A stretch of 64,000 nucleotides of DNA, taken from positions 57,226,001 to 57,290,000 of the forward strand of contig OX597833.1 in NCBI GenBank assembly GCA_951406725.2, written 5' to 3'. The notes under the pieces are model-generated. The model worked only from the letters and a program-made list of their open reading frames with translations, was not told where the DNA came from and searched no databases. Below, one piece after another: positions 41,010 to 53,284 of this stretch. Position 1 is the stretch's first letter. Each line of letters begins with the position of its first letter. Position numbers and translations under genes: made by a program. This stretch comes from Octopus vulgaris (Eukaryota).

Positions 41010-44000
41010 TTAAGACCCATAACTCCTGGGAAAGGAAACCAGCAGTACCCCCACTCCCATCCTTTTTCCTCCCCACAAGTATTCTTGTGGTTCATACAAT
41101 GGAAATTACCAAACTTTAAAAAAAAATATTTTGCCAAAAATTTTATTTTATTTTTATTTATTTTTGCCACCCTACACCTACTACTATACCCTTTTCCATT
41201 TCCATGAGGTATGGAACTTTGAAGGACAACTATTCTAAAATTCTACCAAAATAACAAACGACTACTGCTCAGGTTGAAATATAATTAGGGAACCATCTAC
41301 CGACAAACCCAATCTAGTAAGGGTCTATAAAAGCAAAACACCCCCAACCTTAACTATATTAACTATATTCCACAGTGCATGGTAGAATTAATGCACTGTT
41401 AGTGGGACAAAATATTTGGGGGTTTTGGACTACGACCCTTTTATGCTCCAAGCTCAAGTCCCATCCCAAGTTGACTGTGCCTTTCATCCATTTTAGCTCA
41501 ATAAAAATAAGGGCCAGCCTACCAAGAACTTGTGTTGATACGATTGACTAATACACCCTTGAAAGAAGTGCACCAGTATGGCCATAGTCAAGAGATCAGT
41601 TGACCAAGTGAAAGAGTGCAGAAGTGTACACTACACTGCTGAAGGCTTTTAATGTACATCAGCTGCCATTTTCATAATTCAGTTGGTGTCAGCAACAACT
41701 AGCATGGGGGAAACGGAGGAGGGTATATATAGCAGAAGAGATACAAGAGTAGGGTTTATATTTCGTAAAATAGATGCAAGTGTAGGGTGTATATAGAGTA
41801 GAACAAATATGTGGGTAAGGTGTATATATATATATATAGTAGTATATATACAAGAATAGGGTGTATATATAGTAGAGCAAACATATGGGTAGGATATATA
41901 TATATTTATATATATATAGTAGAATAGCTGCAAGGATAGTGTTATATATATATATAGTAGAATAGCTGTGAGGATATATATATATATATATAGTAGAATA
42001 GCTGTGAGGATATATATATATATATATATAACAGATATTTGGGTAGGAAGTATAGTGGAATAGATATAAGGGTAGGGTTTAAAATATAACGAGTGGATAT
42101 ATAAAATAAAAATTGATAAGCCATCAAGGCAGATTCCACATGGTCACTCAAAATAGTGGAAATAGTAGCCAAATCTCTTGCAAATTAAACTTTGGTCTTA
42201 CAAATGAAAAAGTTGTTGTGGGTGGATGGGGTGCATAGATAATGAATGAAGTTGTATATAACAATCTTGGATGTCTGAATACGAAGATGGGGAAAGGCTA
42301 CAGGCTGGAAGGAAAGAAGGAAGGAAGGTCTTGGATCATAGTTCTGCTTGGTAATGAAGGTTGACTCGAGGCTGGTGGTACTTAACGACGACAACAAAAT
42401 TTTAATTAAAAATTCAAAACTTAGAAATTAAGACATAAAGGAAATTGATTAAAACCAAAGCTAAGAAAACAAATGGAAAATTAATTTTAAAAAACGGTAA
42501 AAATAAAACTGAAATTCGCTTACCAGTTAGTCTGAATTGATAAATGCAGTACAGTTGAGTTGTGTGTTTGTTTAGATTTTTGAAAAAAGTATTTCAGTAA
42601 AAGGAAAAAGGACCGGCCAAAATTTGTCAGTTTGTGTATGTTGTGTTTTTCTGGTAAAATGGTAAAATATCCCAAAATATTTTCAATAGGAAACAAAAAT
42701 AATGTCCAAAACGTGAAATATTAAGGCACTGCCTAAAAATAGATACAAGTCCCTTTATATATTTGGATGTCCTTTAAAGTTTGTTTAACATTGACTGGTG
42801 TTGTTTGTGGTCCTTTGACAGGCAGTAAAATATCCCAAAATAAATATATAGAACACCGAAGAATATGTATAGTCCAAATTAAAGGGTTCAATACCTAATA
42901 TACTAATAAGAGTTGGTTTTTTTTTCCACTTCCTTCAAGGTATGTTGTTATTTTAAATGTCGACCTCCCTCCGTAGTTGTTTGGTAATATAGAGATTAAG
43001 GATCTGTGATAAATTCTAAAAATAAGGGGGCAGGAAACTTGCTGGCTGACAAACAAAAGGTGAAATAATGAAACAACTAGGACAATGTTGATATTGTTGT
43101 GGTCAAAAAGTGCTTCTTTGGGGGAGTAAGAAGGGAGGTTGTTTTTCTTTTTTTTTCCACAACTATTTTTTCAAAGTTTCCTCATGTTTTTATACACATG
43201 GATTTATGTGTCTATGCAGATGTAATTCACCCTAGGTATTAGTTTATAAATTATATAAATTGTTTGACAATTGTGTCAGATAAGTTCTGCTGGAGCCAAC
43301 AACACTAATAGCTCTTTGATAACTTTTTCGTTTTTTTTTTTTTTTTTTTGAAAAGATAGTTATGAAGAAGAAGCTAGGAGAGAAAAAAAGAGAGGGTGTT
43401 GCACATACAAGCACACACAGCCGTACACACTTGGGGGAGTGTTTATTTCTCTTGGGAAAGAGGGCAAAGGAAAAAAATAGACAAGAAAAGATATGTAAAA
43501 AATATGTCTTATGTAGTAGGGAGAGAGAGAGAAAGGAAGAAAGAAAGAGAGAGAGAGAGAGCTGACTGTCGATTGGGGGTGGGAGTATGAAGAGAAGGCA
43601 GAATAGTTTGTATGGCAGGCAGAACAGAGTATATAGGCATATGATGGTGGTGGCGGTGGTGGTTTTTCTGGGTCTGTAGAAAGTGGAGTGAGTAAGAAAA
43701 GAGGAAGGAAGTAATGAGTGAGAACGAAAAGTGGGGCAGAAAGACAGAGAGAATGAGAGAGAAGTTGGTGAAGGGGAAAGAGAGAAAGAAAGAGAGGAAC
43801 TAAAAATGAGAGGGGGAGAGGTGTAAATAAGGAAAACAGAGAAGGGATAGAAAAAACGAGAGAGAGGGAGAGATGAGAGTAAAAAGGAGAGTGCAAGTAA
43901 GAGACAGTAATGGACAAGTGAATGAAACCGATGAAGGAGAGAGGAGGGGTGAGAGAGAAAGGGGATAAAGAGGAGCCAAGCTACATGAGGGTTCCAGTGA

Positions 44001-45305
44001 GTGTTTGAAGCAAGCACAGAGGGAGGTAGTGTGCTAATTCTGAAACAATGCCTGTAAAGGGTGCAAGGGTGCACAAGTGCAGTGAGACGCCGGTGCACTG
44101 GGAAAGGAAAGAAGTTGTCTTGTTACAGTGGCAGTAAATCATTGAATGAAAGGGACAGTCCCTTACGAGAATGCGAGATGTAGGAAGGGTATAGGGAACC
44201 AGGAATTGGGGAAGGGAAAAAAAATACAGGGACCTTATGGATGGATGGAAGATGTAAGAAGAGAAGATAGGGGGAATAGGATTAAGAAGCCCCTGTTACA
44301 GTACCTTCCGTAGTATATAGAGTGGGGACATTGGTTGGGAGTGAACCAGTGAGGTATGGGAGAGTCCCTTAAAGACGGAAGAGGGTGGGTTAGGGAACAG
44401 AGAGCAAGAGAATGTGGATGTGTTTATATTGTATGATGACCAACAGCTGAATGTGAATGGTGATATTGCATTGAGGAAACCTTAATAAACAATAATATAT
44501 ATGGGGCTTAATACAAACCTTTAAGGCAGGAAGGAGAATAGTTAAATGGTGTGTATCAATGTAAGTATACATAATGTGCGCCTCTGTATCTATACACCAA
44601 TGTATGTGTGTGTATATATATATATATATATATACATATATATATACACACATATATATATATACACACATATATATATATACACACATATATATATATA
44701 TATATATACACACACATATGCATATATACATACCCATATGCATATATACACACACACATGTATATATATATATATATATATATATAACGTGGCTGTAGCC
44801 AGCGCCGTCCGACTGGCCTCCGTGCCGGTGGCACGTAAAAAGCACCATCCGACCATGGCCGTTGCCAGCATTGTCTGGTCCTTGTGCTGGTGGCACGTAA
44901 AAAGCACCCACCCAGATCAGACTGGGCCTGGTGCAGCCTTCTGGCTTCCCAGACCCCAGTTGAACCGTCCAACCCATGCCAGCATGGAAAGCAGACGTTA
45001 AATGATGATGAGGATATATACATATACACACACACACACACATATATGTTTATATCTATCTATCTATTTATAACTTAGGCACACAGGTGCACCAATATGT
45101 GCAGTATTTTTTTCCTTCAGCTGTGTATATTCATTTACCGATTTAGAGTAATCCCCAGGAAGATATATTCCTGGTACTTTATGCTAACATCTGGAAGTTA
45201 ATTGAACTTATTTAATTTTGTATACAAAGTTGGGGGAGGGGTACATTTCCGTTCATATACATACTTATATTCATTCATTCATTACACAAATACATTCAGG
45301 TAGGT

Positions 45306-45691
45306 AAGGGGTAAAGACCCCCTTCGGTCATGAATGACCATGGGATTGCACCTAGAAAGTTACCCTCCTAGACACAAGTCCGGGCAAGGTTGTTTATGGA
45401 AGACCAGCAGTCGCCCATGCATACCAACCTCCCCTCTCCACGCCACCAGTGTTATCCAAGGGAAAGGCAAAAGGGCCGATACAGCTTGGCACCTGTGACG
45501 TCGCAACTCATTTCTACAACTGAGTGAACTGGAGCAACGTGAAATAAAGTGCCTTGCTCAAGAACACAACACGCAGCCCGGTCCGGGATTCGAGCTCACA
45601 ACCTCACGATCGTAAGCTCGACGCTCTAACCACTGAGCCATGCGCCTTCACCGTAAGCTCGACGCTCTAACCACTGAGCCATGCGCCTTCA
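45306..45691 (-). mobile_element. tRNA-derived SINE family 5 with a duplicated 5' end
   Basis: Minus-strand head GAAGGCGCATGGCTCAGTGGTTAGAGCG...GAGCTCGAATCCC; flanking direct repeat ttcaggtaggta. Confidence 0.8.
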
Positions 45692-45785
45692 GGTAGGTAT
45701 ATATATATATATGCATATATACAGTTGTGCGTTCCTATCTACATACACACTTATTAGCAAGTATATGTATATATTCATATAAGTT

Positions 45786-46003
45786 GGGGTGCTAAAAAGT
45801 TCCTGGCTTTGGGTAAAAGAAAATACAGAAGGAGGATCAGTTAATTATGATGATATTCAACATATTCCCCTCTCAAATTCACACACTTATTGCAGGGATC
45901 CTTCAGTTTTTAGAAGCTCTGTAAAAGAACTCAGAAGGTTGAGCTCCAGCCAAGCCTTTTGCAATAATACCCTTAAGGCCAGGAGCTTTTCATCATCCCC
46001 TCG
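45786..46003. mobile_element. Mariner-derived MITE
   Basis: Imperfect TIRs ggggtgctaaaaagttcctggcttt / aaggccaggagcttttcatcatcccc. Confidence 0.7.
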
Positions 46004-46051
46004 CATGTATCTCTCTCTCTCTCTCTCTATCTATCTATATATATATATATA

Positions 46052-46254
46052 TACTCTTTTACTTGTTTCAGTCATTTGACTGCGGCCATGCTGGAGCACC
46101 GCCTTTAGTCGAGCAAATCGACCCCGGGGCTTATTCTTTGTAAGCCCAGTACTTATTCTATCGGTCTCTTTTGCCGAACTGCTAAGTGACGGGGACGTAA
46201 ACACACCAGCATCGGTTGTCAAGCAATGCTAGGGGGACAACCACAGACACACAA

Positions 46255-46291
<37 letters not shown>

Positions 46292-46457
46292 TACGACAGG
46301 CTTCTTTTCAGTTTCCGTCTACCAAATCCACTCACAAGGCATTGGTTGGCCCGGGGCTATAGCAGAAGACACTTGCCCAAGGTGCCACGCAGTGGGACTG
46401 AACCCGGAACCATGTGGTTGGTTAGCAAGCTACTTACCACACAGCCACTCCTGCGCC
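46052..46457 (-). mobile_element. CORE-like SINE, family 1
   Basis: Full-length match. Confidence 0.85.
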
Positions 46458-46458
46458 T

Positions 46459-46498
<40 letters not shown>

Positions 46499-47016
46499 AC
46501 CTGGTGCAGCCCCCCCCCCCCAGCTTACCAGTTTTCAGTCAAATTGTCCAACCCATGCCAGCATCGAAAATGACAATGATACACATGCACAGACACACAC
46601 ATATATTACAACATTGCTAGCTGTGCCCTTCATATTTTTAAACCTCAAAGTAGTCATTGAATAACCTAGAAAACAGTAGCTAAATCTTTCTCATCATATA
46701 TTTACAATTTTGTAAAACAGGGGACTAGCAAATTCTGTTTCTAGAAACATAGCCAGTCTATATATAATAACATAATTTTCATGGAAGGAAGGAAGGAAAC
46801 AGTCTATTAGGAGGCCAGAAAAACTTGACTAAGTAGCATATGGAAGTCCCTAATCCCACAGACAAGCACAAAAGACCGGCAACCAGATAAGGGTTTGACA
46901 ACCCTGTAGTTTGCTCTCTAATCTTGTCATTTCAAAGATATTTCATAACAATTGAAAATGTATACTCCATCCCTGTTTTGAAGTAAAAAGAAAAAAAAAA
47001 AGGGAAAAAGAGATAG

Positions 47017-48030
47017 TTGTGGCTGTGTGGTGAGAAGCTTGCTTCTCAGCCACATGGTTCCAGGTTCGGCCACATGGTTCCAGGTTCGGCCACATGGTTC
47101 CAGGTCCAGCTACCTGGTTCCAGGTTCGGCCACATGGTTCCAGGTTCGGCTACATGGTTCCAGGTTTCGACCACATGGTTCCAGGTTCGGCCACATGGTT
47201 CCAGGTTCGGCCACATGGTTCCAGGTCCAGCTACCTGGTTCCAGGTCCGGCCACATGGTTCCAGGTTCGGCCACATGGTTCCAGGTCCGGCCACATGGTT
47301 CCAGGTTTGGCCACATGGTTCCAGGTTTGGCCACATGGTTCCAGGTCCGGCCACATGGTTCCAGGTCCGGCCACATGGTTCCAGGTCCGGCTACATGGTT
47401 CCAGGTTCGGCCAAATGGTTCCAGGTTCAGCCCAACTGAGTAACTGTCTTCTACTATAGCCCCAGACCAACCAAAGCCTTGGGAGTGGATTTGGTAGACG
47501 GAAACTGAAAGAAACCTGTTGAATATGTATATATGTGTGTCACTACCACCCACCACTGTTTGACAACTAGTGTTGGTGTGTTTGCATTCTCATAACTTAG
47601 CAGTTCAGCAAAAGAACTGATAGAATAAGTGTAACCTCTCGAAAGAGCTGTTCTTCACTCCTACTCCAGAGCGTCGGCTGCGGGGTCATTCCGAAAAGCT
47701 CTATATGCGACGATTTCATCTCAATCGAAGGAGAGGGGCTTTCTCCGTCTGGGTTGCGGATCCATGGAATAAGCTGCCAGATGAGATAGTGAAGATGCCG
47801 ACGACCGCTCGGTTCGGTTCAAAGTCTCCCTTGACCTCAAGTGGCCTGAACTCTTTACATGAACACCACCCTGTACATAACTCCATGTCCCCCTACATGG
47901 CCTTGCTTTTTGCTTTTTGAACCAAAAAATTAACTAAGTACAGGAAAAAACAAACAAAAAAAAAAACAACACCTGGGGTCAATTTGTTTGACAAAACCCC
48001 TTCAAGACAGCCAAATGGCTGAAACAAGTA
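47017..48030 (+). mobile_element. CORE-like SINE with an internal 20-bp tandem array (47048-47430) and a nested CR1 3' fragment (47629-47935)
   Basis: SINE head and tail are present around the inserts. The CR1 piece matches 8490-8864. Confidence 0.8.
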
Positions 48031-48091
48031 AAAAAAAAAAAAAGGAAAGAGAAAAGAACAGGGCAAGCAAGAAACTATATATTTCCCCTAC

Positions 48092-48352
48092 CTCTTGAAG
48101 CCTCAACATAGCCTCCACACAAATCGTTTCTTTGCCGGAGGCAGAGTCGTAATTGCAACTTCAAAACATCCGTATATCCAATTTTTAAAGTGTTATTCTG
48201 CATCGGCAACAAAGTTACGTTGCACCACAAAGATTGGATCTGTCGATCAATGAGTAAACTCGCACAGCAATCGTACTCCGATTTCACTATGAACTTTATA
48301 AGTTTTGTTGATTCGTAATACTTCACATTCTCTGGTATAGGAATAATAAGGG
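48092..48352 (-). CDS. Echinoid/Fred-like protein, exon H (divergent juxtamembrane FnIII-like domain)
   Basis: Acceptor cgtttttcag, donor GTAGGG, 261 nt. ALIIPIPENVKYYESTKLIKF...LRLCLRQRNDLCGGYVEASR resembles my recollection of the Echinoid second FnIII-like domain. Confidence 0.8.
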
Positions 48353-48399
48353 CTGAAAAACGATGGAGGTAAGTATGAAAATTGGAGAGAGAGAGAGAG

Positions 48400-48463
48400 A
48401 GAAGAAGAAGAAGAAGAAGAAGAAGAAGAAGAAGAAGAAGAAGAAGAAGAAGAAGAGGAGGAG

Positions 48464-48498
<35 letters not shown>

Positions 48499-48524
48499 GG
48501 AAGATGAAGAGGAGGAAGATGAAG

Positions 48525-48568
<44 letters not shown>

Positions 48569-48699
48569 GGAGAAGAAGAAGAAGAGGAAGAAGAAGAAGA
48601 AGAAAGGAGGAAGAAGAAGAAGAGGAAGAAGAAGAAGAGGAAGAAGAAGAGGAAGAAGAAGAAAGAAGAAGAAGAAGAGGAGGAGGAAGAAGAAGAGGA
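48400..48699. repeat. (GAA)n/(GAG)n tract
   Basis: Directly visible; it lies just 5' of the exon H acceptor in transcript sense. Confidence 0.95.
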
Positions 48700-48971
48700 T
48701 TAGTGGATTAGTGGCTGTGTGGTAAGAAGTTTCCTTCCTCCCAACTACATGGTTCTGAGTTCAGTTCCACTTGGGCAAGTGGTGTCTTCTATCATAGCCC
48801 CTGGGCTAACCAAAGACTTGTAAGTTGATTTGGTAGACAGAAACTCAAAGAAGCCTGTCTATATAACTGGCCCGGGGCTTTTAACTCTTATTTCTAGCAA
48901 TGTAGGTGCTACCCTGCACTGCCAGTCACAAATAGTGACAACTGAATTTTTCCTTTTTGCTGCCTTCATTA

Positions 48972-49013
<42 letters not shown>

Positions 49014-49068
49014 TCATCATCATCATCATCGTTTAGCGTCCGTTTTCCATGCTAGCATGGGTTGGACA

Positions 49069-49101
<33 letters not shown>

Positions 49102-49656
49102 ATCATTTAATGTCAGTGAAGTATATTTGCCATCTAAATGTGGCTAACCACGAAGGGTGGATGTTATTGTAGCTTGTAGCCCCAGGAGAACATCTTCTCC
49201 AGCTGGCTATTGATACACTTTCTGTGCCCTATCGGTATTTGCAAAGGGAAGCCATCCTTCCCATCGTCGACCTGACGTGATACGTCCAGATCCAGGTTTC
49301 TGGGTATTTTACCCGTCATCAGTGCACGACAATCACCAGTCTTCGATGCGAAGGGGTCCCAATGCAAATACATATATTCTTTTCCATCACTTTTCGTCAC
49401 TGATAAATCTCTGAATAACCCCCAACCCACCACTTGACAAGCGCTGTTGGTCTGTTTATATTTCTGCAACTTTTAGGAAAATTTTAGGAAAAGAGACTCA
49501 CGGCGTAACTATCAGGCTTTAAAAAAAAAACAAAAAAAACTGGGGTCAATTTGTTTATCTAAGCCCTTCAAGGTGGTGCCCCAGCATGGCTGCAATCCAA
49601 TGATTGAGACAAGTAAAGATACACACACACACGCATAAGTATCAATAGTTCTTTAA

Positions 49657-49876
49657 CCCTTTAGCATTCAGATTACTCTGTCAAATGTAAAGTCTGTTTA
49701 ATTACATTGTTTTAAATTAATTGTACAGCATCTTGTAACTCTGGGATATTGATGATGTCCCTGTATATTTTTAGAATGACTTTGTAGGGTAGGTGTGAGA
49801 GGTCAGAGCTGGCTGGTTTGAGAATAAAACAGGAAGACACTTTTGGCCTGATGTGGCCGGTTTAAACACTAAAAGG
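49657..49876. mobile_element. piggyBac-like MITE
   Basis: TTAA flanks on both sides; the empty site is preserved in the duplicate at 50421. Confidence 0.85.
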
Positions 49877-50025
49877 TTAAATGTGGTTAAATTTTGTGTT
49901 CTGTGGTACTGCATAGTGAAATTTACCTCTTACCTACTTGACTCCTGCTCAAGTAATAAATACTATGAGTCAACCAGGAGTCAGAGTCAAACAGAGTGAA
50001 ATGTACTGGAATGAAAAAGACTTAC

Positions 50026-50121
50026 CTTGTGTCTTCAAACTGAAGGTTTTTGAGAAGGATCCGTTACCGAGTTTATTCATAGCACGAACTGTGAATTTGT
50101 ATGCTGTATTGGGCAGCAAAT
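50026..50121 (-). CDS. Echinoid/Fred-like protein, exon G (second part of the FnIII domain)
   Basis: Acceptor ctccttaaag, donor GTAAGT, 96 nt. DLLPNTAYKFTVRAMNKLGNGSFSKTFSLKTQ contains the FnIII LxPxTxYxFxVxAxNxxG motif. Confidence 0.92.
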
Positions 50122-50564
50122 CTTTAAGGAGAAGAAAGACAAAGAGAGAAAGATATAAAGAGAGACAGACAGACAGAAAGCATACAGCTATTTTAATGTT
50201 GTTAGGCACAGGAGTGGCTCTTTGGTGGCTCTTTGGTAAGAAGTTTGCTTCCCAGCCACAAGCTTCCAGGTTCAGTCCCACTGAACTGCATGGCTGGTCC
50301 TTTTTTCGCCAAAGGCCAACCATGTTATTTATTCGAGTTTGAAAGATTGCTTGGAAGCTCCCAGTATGCAATACAAGCTTCATAACATGAAACTAACGGT
50401 AGCTTGAATTTAAACCCTGTATAGTTCTTTAAATATGGTTAAATTTTGTGTTCTGTGGTACTGCATAGTGAAATTTACCGCTTACTTGACTCCTGCTCAA
50501 GTAATAAATACTACGAGTCAGCTAGGAGTCAAACAGAGTGAAATGTACTCGAATGAAAAAGACA

Positions 50565-50913
50565 GAGAAAATTTCTCGCTTTAGACAATTAAGTGTAAAC
50601 AGCAAGTCAGCATCAAGTGTCCCCTAGCCAGACAGACAGTTGCATGCATTTTGGAGTAATTATCTCCTCTTCAGCATCAGACACTGGAAGTGGGAGGTAC
50701 AATGGAATGACTAGAGATAGATCTCTCTTAGAGTAGATGGAGAAAATTTCCCGCTTTAGACAATTAAGTGTAAACAGCAAATCAGCATCAAGTGTCCCCT
50801 AGCCAGACAGACAGTTGCATGCATTTTGGAGTAATTATCTCCTCTTCAGCATCAGACACTGGAAGTGGGAGGTACAATGGAGTGACTAGAGATAGATCTT
50901 TCTTAGAGTAGAC
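50565..50913. repeat. About 175-bp tandem duplication
   Basis: Two near-identical copies of gagaaaatttcycgctttagacaattaag...cttagagtaga. Confidence 0.9.
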
Positions 50914-51130
50914 AGAAATGGTCAAGTGATAAGATTGACTGAGAAAGTTAACAGGATTTTAAGATTTTGGTAAAGAAACGAAGATTCACAGAGAGAGAGA
51001 GTGAGATAGATAGATAAATAGATAGAGAGGGGATTAATCTAATAAGGATGATGTACAGTACATATATAATCAGAAGCTTTACACAATAGATGCCGAGAGG
51101 TAATTAACAAACATTATTAACTACAGCTAC

Positions 51131-51328
51131 CTGTCACGTTGTAGTGGGAAACTTTGGTCTTTCCAACAAGCACCTCCCTATCAGTGGATCGTTTCCTGCT
51201 GTAGGTTAGGATTTTGTAGATGAGGAATGTCTGGTTCTCCCCGCCATCAAAACCAGGGGTCCACTGTAGGTACACAGATTCCCAAGTGGCTTCTATGCTT
51301 ACTAAATCCTTTGGTGGGTCTGGAACAC
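51131..51328 (-). CDS. Echinoid/Fred-like protein, exon F (first part of the FnIII domain)
   Basis: Acceptor ttgttgcag, donor GTAGCT, 198 nt. VPDPPKDLVSIEATWESVYLQWTPGFDGGENQTF matches the nephrin/echinoid-type WxPGFDGG FnIII motif. Confidence 0.92.
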
Positions 51329-52140
51329 CTGCAACAACAAAAGAAGGCAACAATAACAACTGTCAATAATTTGGGTACATGACCGGCAATTTTGCAGCGA
51401 GAGAGTTGGTTGATTACATTGGGAACAAGATTAGCCTGGGTACTTCACTTTAAGCTCAGAGAAACACAAGGTGAAGCTGACATTGGTAAGATTTGACTAG
51501 GAATGTAAAGAACAGGACCACAAATGTCCACAGAGCATTTTTTCCCCGCCAATGCTCTAATTATTCAGCTAGCCTGCTTCCTCCTCAAAAATAACAAAGT
51601 TACAAATTTTGTCGCAAGGGCAGCAATTTGAAGGAGGTGATGAGTTGATTACATCAACCCCAGTGTTCAACTGGTACTTATTTTATTGACTCCGAATGGA
51701 AGAAAGGCAAAGTTAACCTTGGCAGAACTTGAGCTCAGAATATAGCAAAAGGCTAAATACCGCTAATCATTTCATTCAGTGAGCTAACGATTCTGCCAGC
51801 TTGCTGTCTTCTTAATAATAATAATAATACTAATTTCAAATTTTGGCACAAGGTAACAGTTTGTGACAAGAAGGACATCTACCAATCAAAAAATCAGCTT
51901 CAACAAATTCCATCCCACTCATTTGATCAAGAAAGAGTGGGCATTAACCTTTAGGACACTGTAGGTGCATTGTGTCACCACATGAGTTTTCTCCCTTGTT
52001 GTAACAGGGCAGTCACAGGGAAAACAGTTCTAGAGAAAATACAGCATGCAAAAGGTTAAAATGAGTAAGAGTGTGTTTAAGAAATAATGACAATGTGTTA
52101 AATTACAGTTATATAGAAATTAAGAAATGGTATTACGTAC

Positions 52141-52422
52141 TTCTTTTACGGACATCTCGTATAGCTGTTATGCCACCAATGGTGTTATTCACAATAACAA
52201 GATAAACACCTAAGTTGTCAGAGACAGCATAAGGGAAGATTAGCGTAGAACGGAATGTATTGACATTGATCTCTGTCGTGACAGAAGCAATGGAAACCGG
52301 TCGGTTATCTTTAAGCCAGGAAAAATTTGGTTCAGGGTAAGCTTCGATGTCGATAGACACATTCGATGCGGTTTTCAGAGAAATGGCAACAATTTTCTTC
52401 AATTCTTTGATGGAAGGTGAAG
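52141..52422 (-). CDS. Echinoid/Fred-like protein, exon E (membrane-proximal Ig-like domain lacking cysteines)
   Basis: Acceptor atttgtag, donor GTACGT, 282 nt. Reads SSPSIKELKKIVAISLKTASNVSIDIEAYPEPNFSWLKDN...DNLGVYLVIVNNTIGG...VRKR. Confidence 0.9.
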
Positions 52423-53284
52423 CTACAAATAGGAAATAATAAATAATAATAATCAATAAGTATAAATATTAGAGAATTTGTTTAATATGATTGACTAACT
52501 CTTGCACTCTCTTAAAAAAGAATATAGATCTAAATGAGCAAATACAAACATGTATATTCATGTAGTAAATGCATTTATATACTTAGAAATCCATTTCTAA
52601 GCCACAAAATATACACAAATACAAAAAAGAAAAAAATGCATACAAATATAAAATGAATGTATTAATTCTCATAAAAATATATTTACATAAATCTTAATTA
52701 TACATCATTCTTAAGACATTTTGGGCTGACCAAAGCCTTGTGAGTGGATTTGGTAGATGAAAACTGAACGGAGCACATCGTGTGTGTGTGTGTGTTGTGT
52801 CTCTGTCCTGACATCATGTGATAGATGTAAACGAATGTCACCAGTATGCAAGTGGTATCCTTCATTTTTAGTCTTCCATATGTATTATCTGCTTCAACAA
52901 ATTCCATTGAATCCATTCAAGCATGGAAAAGTGGATGCTAAACAATGATGAGAATGATGATGATGATGATGATGACACTCACACAAATCTCTCAGTCTTT
53001 CCTTAAAATCCTTCAAAGCCCTGTCATCATCATCATCATTTAACATTTGTTTCCCATGCTGATGTGGGTTAGATGGCTTGACAGGAGCTAACAAGGCTAG
53101 GGACAACACCAGGTTCTATTGTCTGTTTTTGGCTTGCGTTCTACAGCTGGATGCCCTTCCTGATGCCTACTACTTTACAGAGTGTGCTGAATGCCTTTTA
53201 CATAGCAACAGCAGCAGTACCTTTTTATGTATCACCAACACCAGTGCTTTTTTACATGGCACCAGCACCAGTGCAGTTTTTAAC

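Noticed and set aside
42525-42532. Possible 8-nt microexon (cag|ACTAACTG|gtaagc) on the minus strand
   Set aside because: It gives an immediate stop in phase 1, shifts the frame and has no other support.
43244-44098. 284-aa minus-strand ORF
   Set aside because: Low-complexity CT-rich sequence with no recognisable domain.
45575-45650. tRNA genes at tRNA-like heads (also 28995 and 38536)
   Set aside because: They continue into SINE bodies, some with TSDs, and lack a complete cloverleaf.
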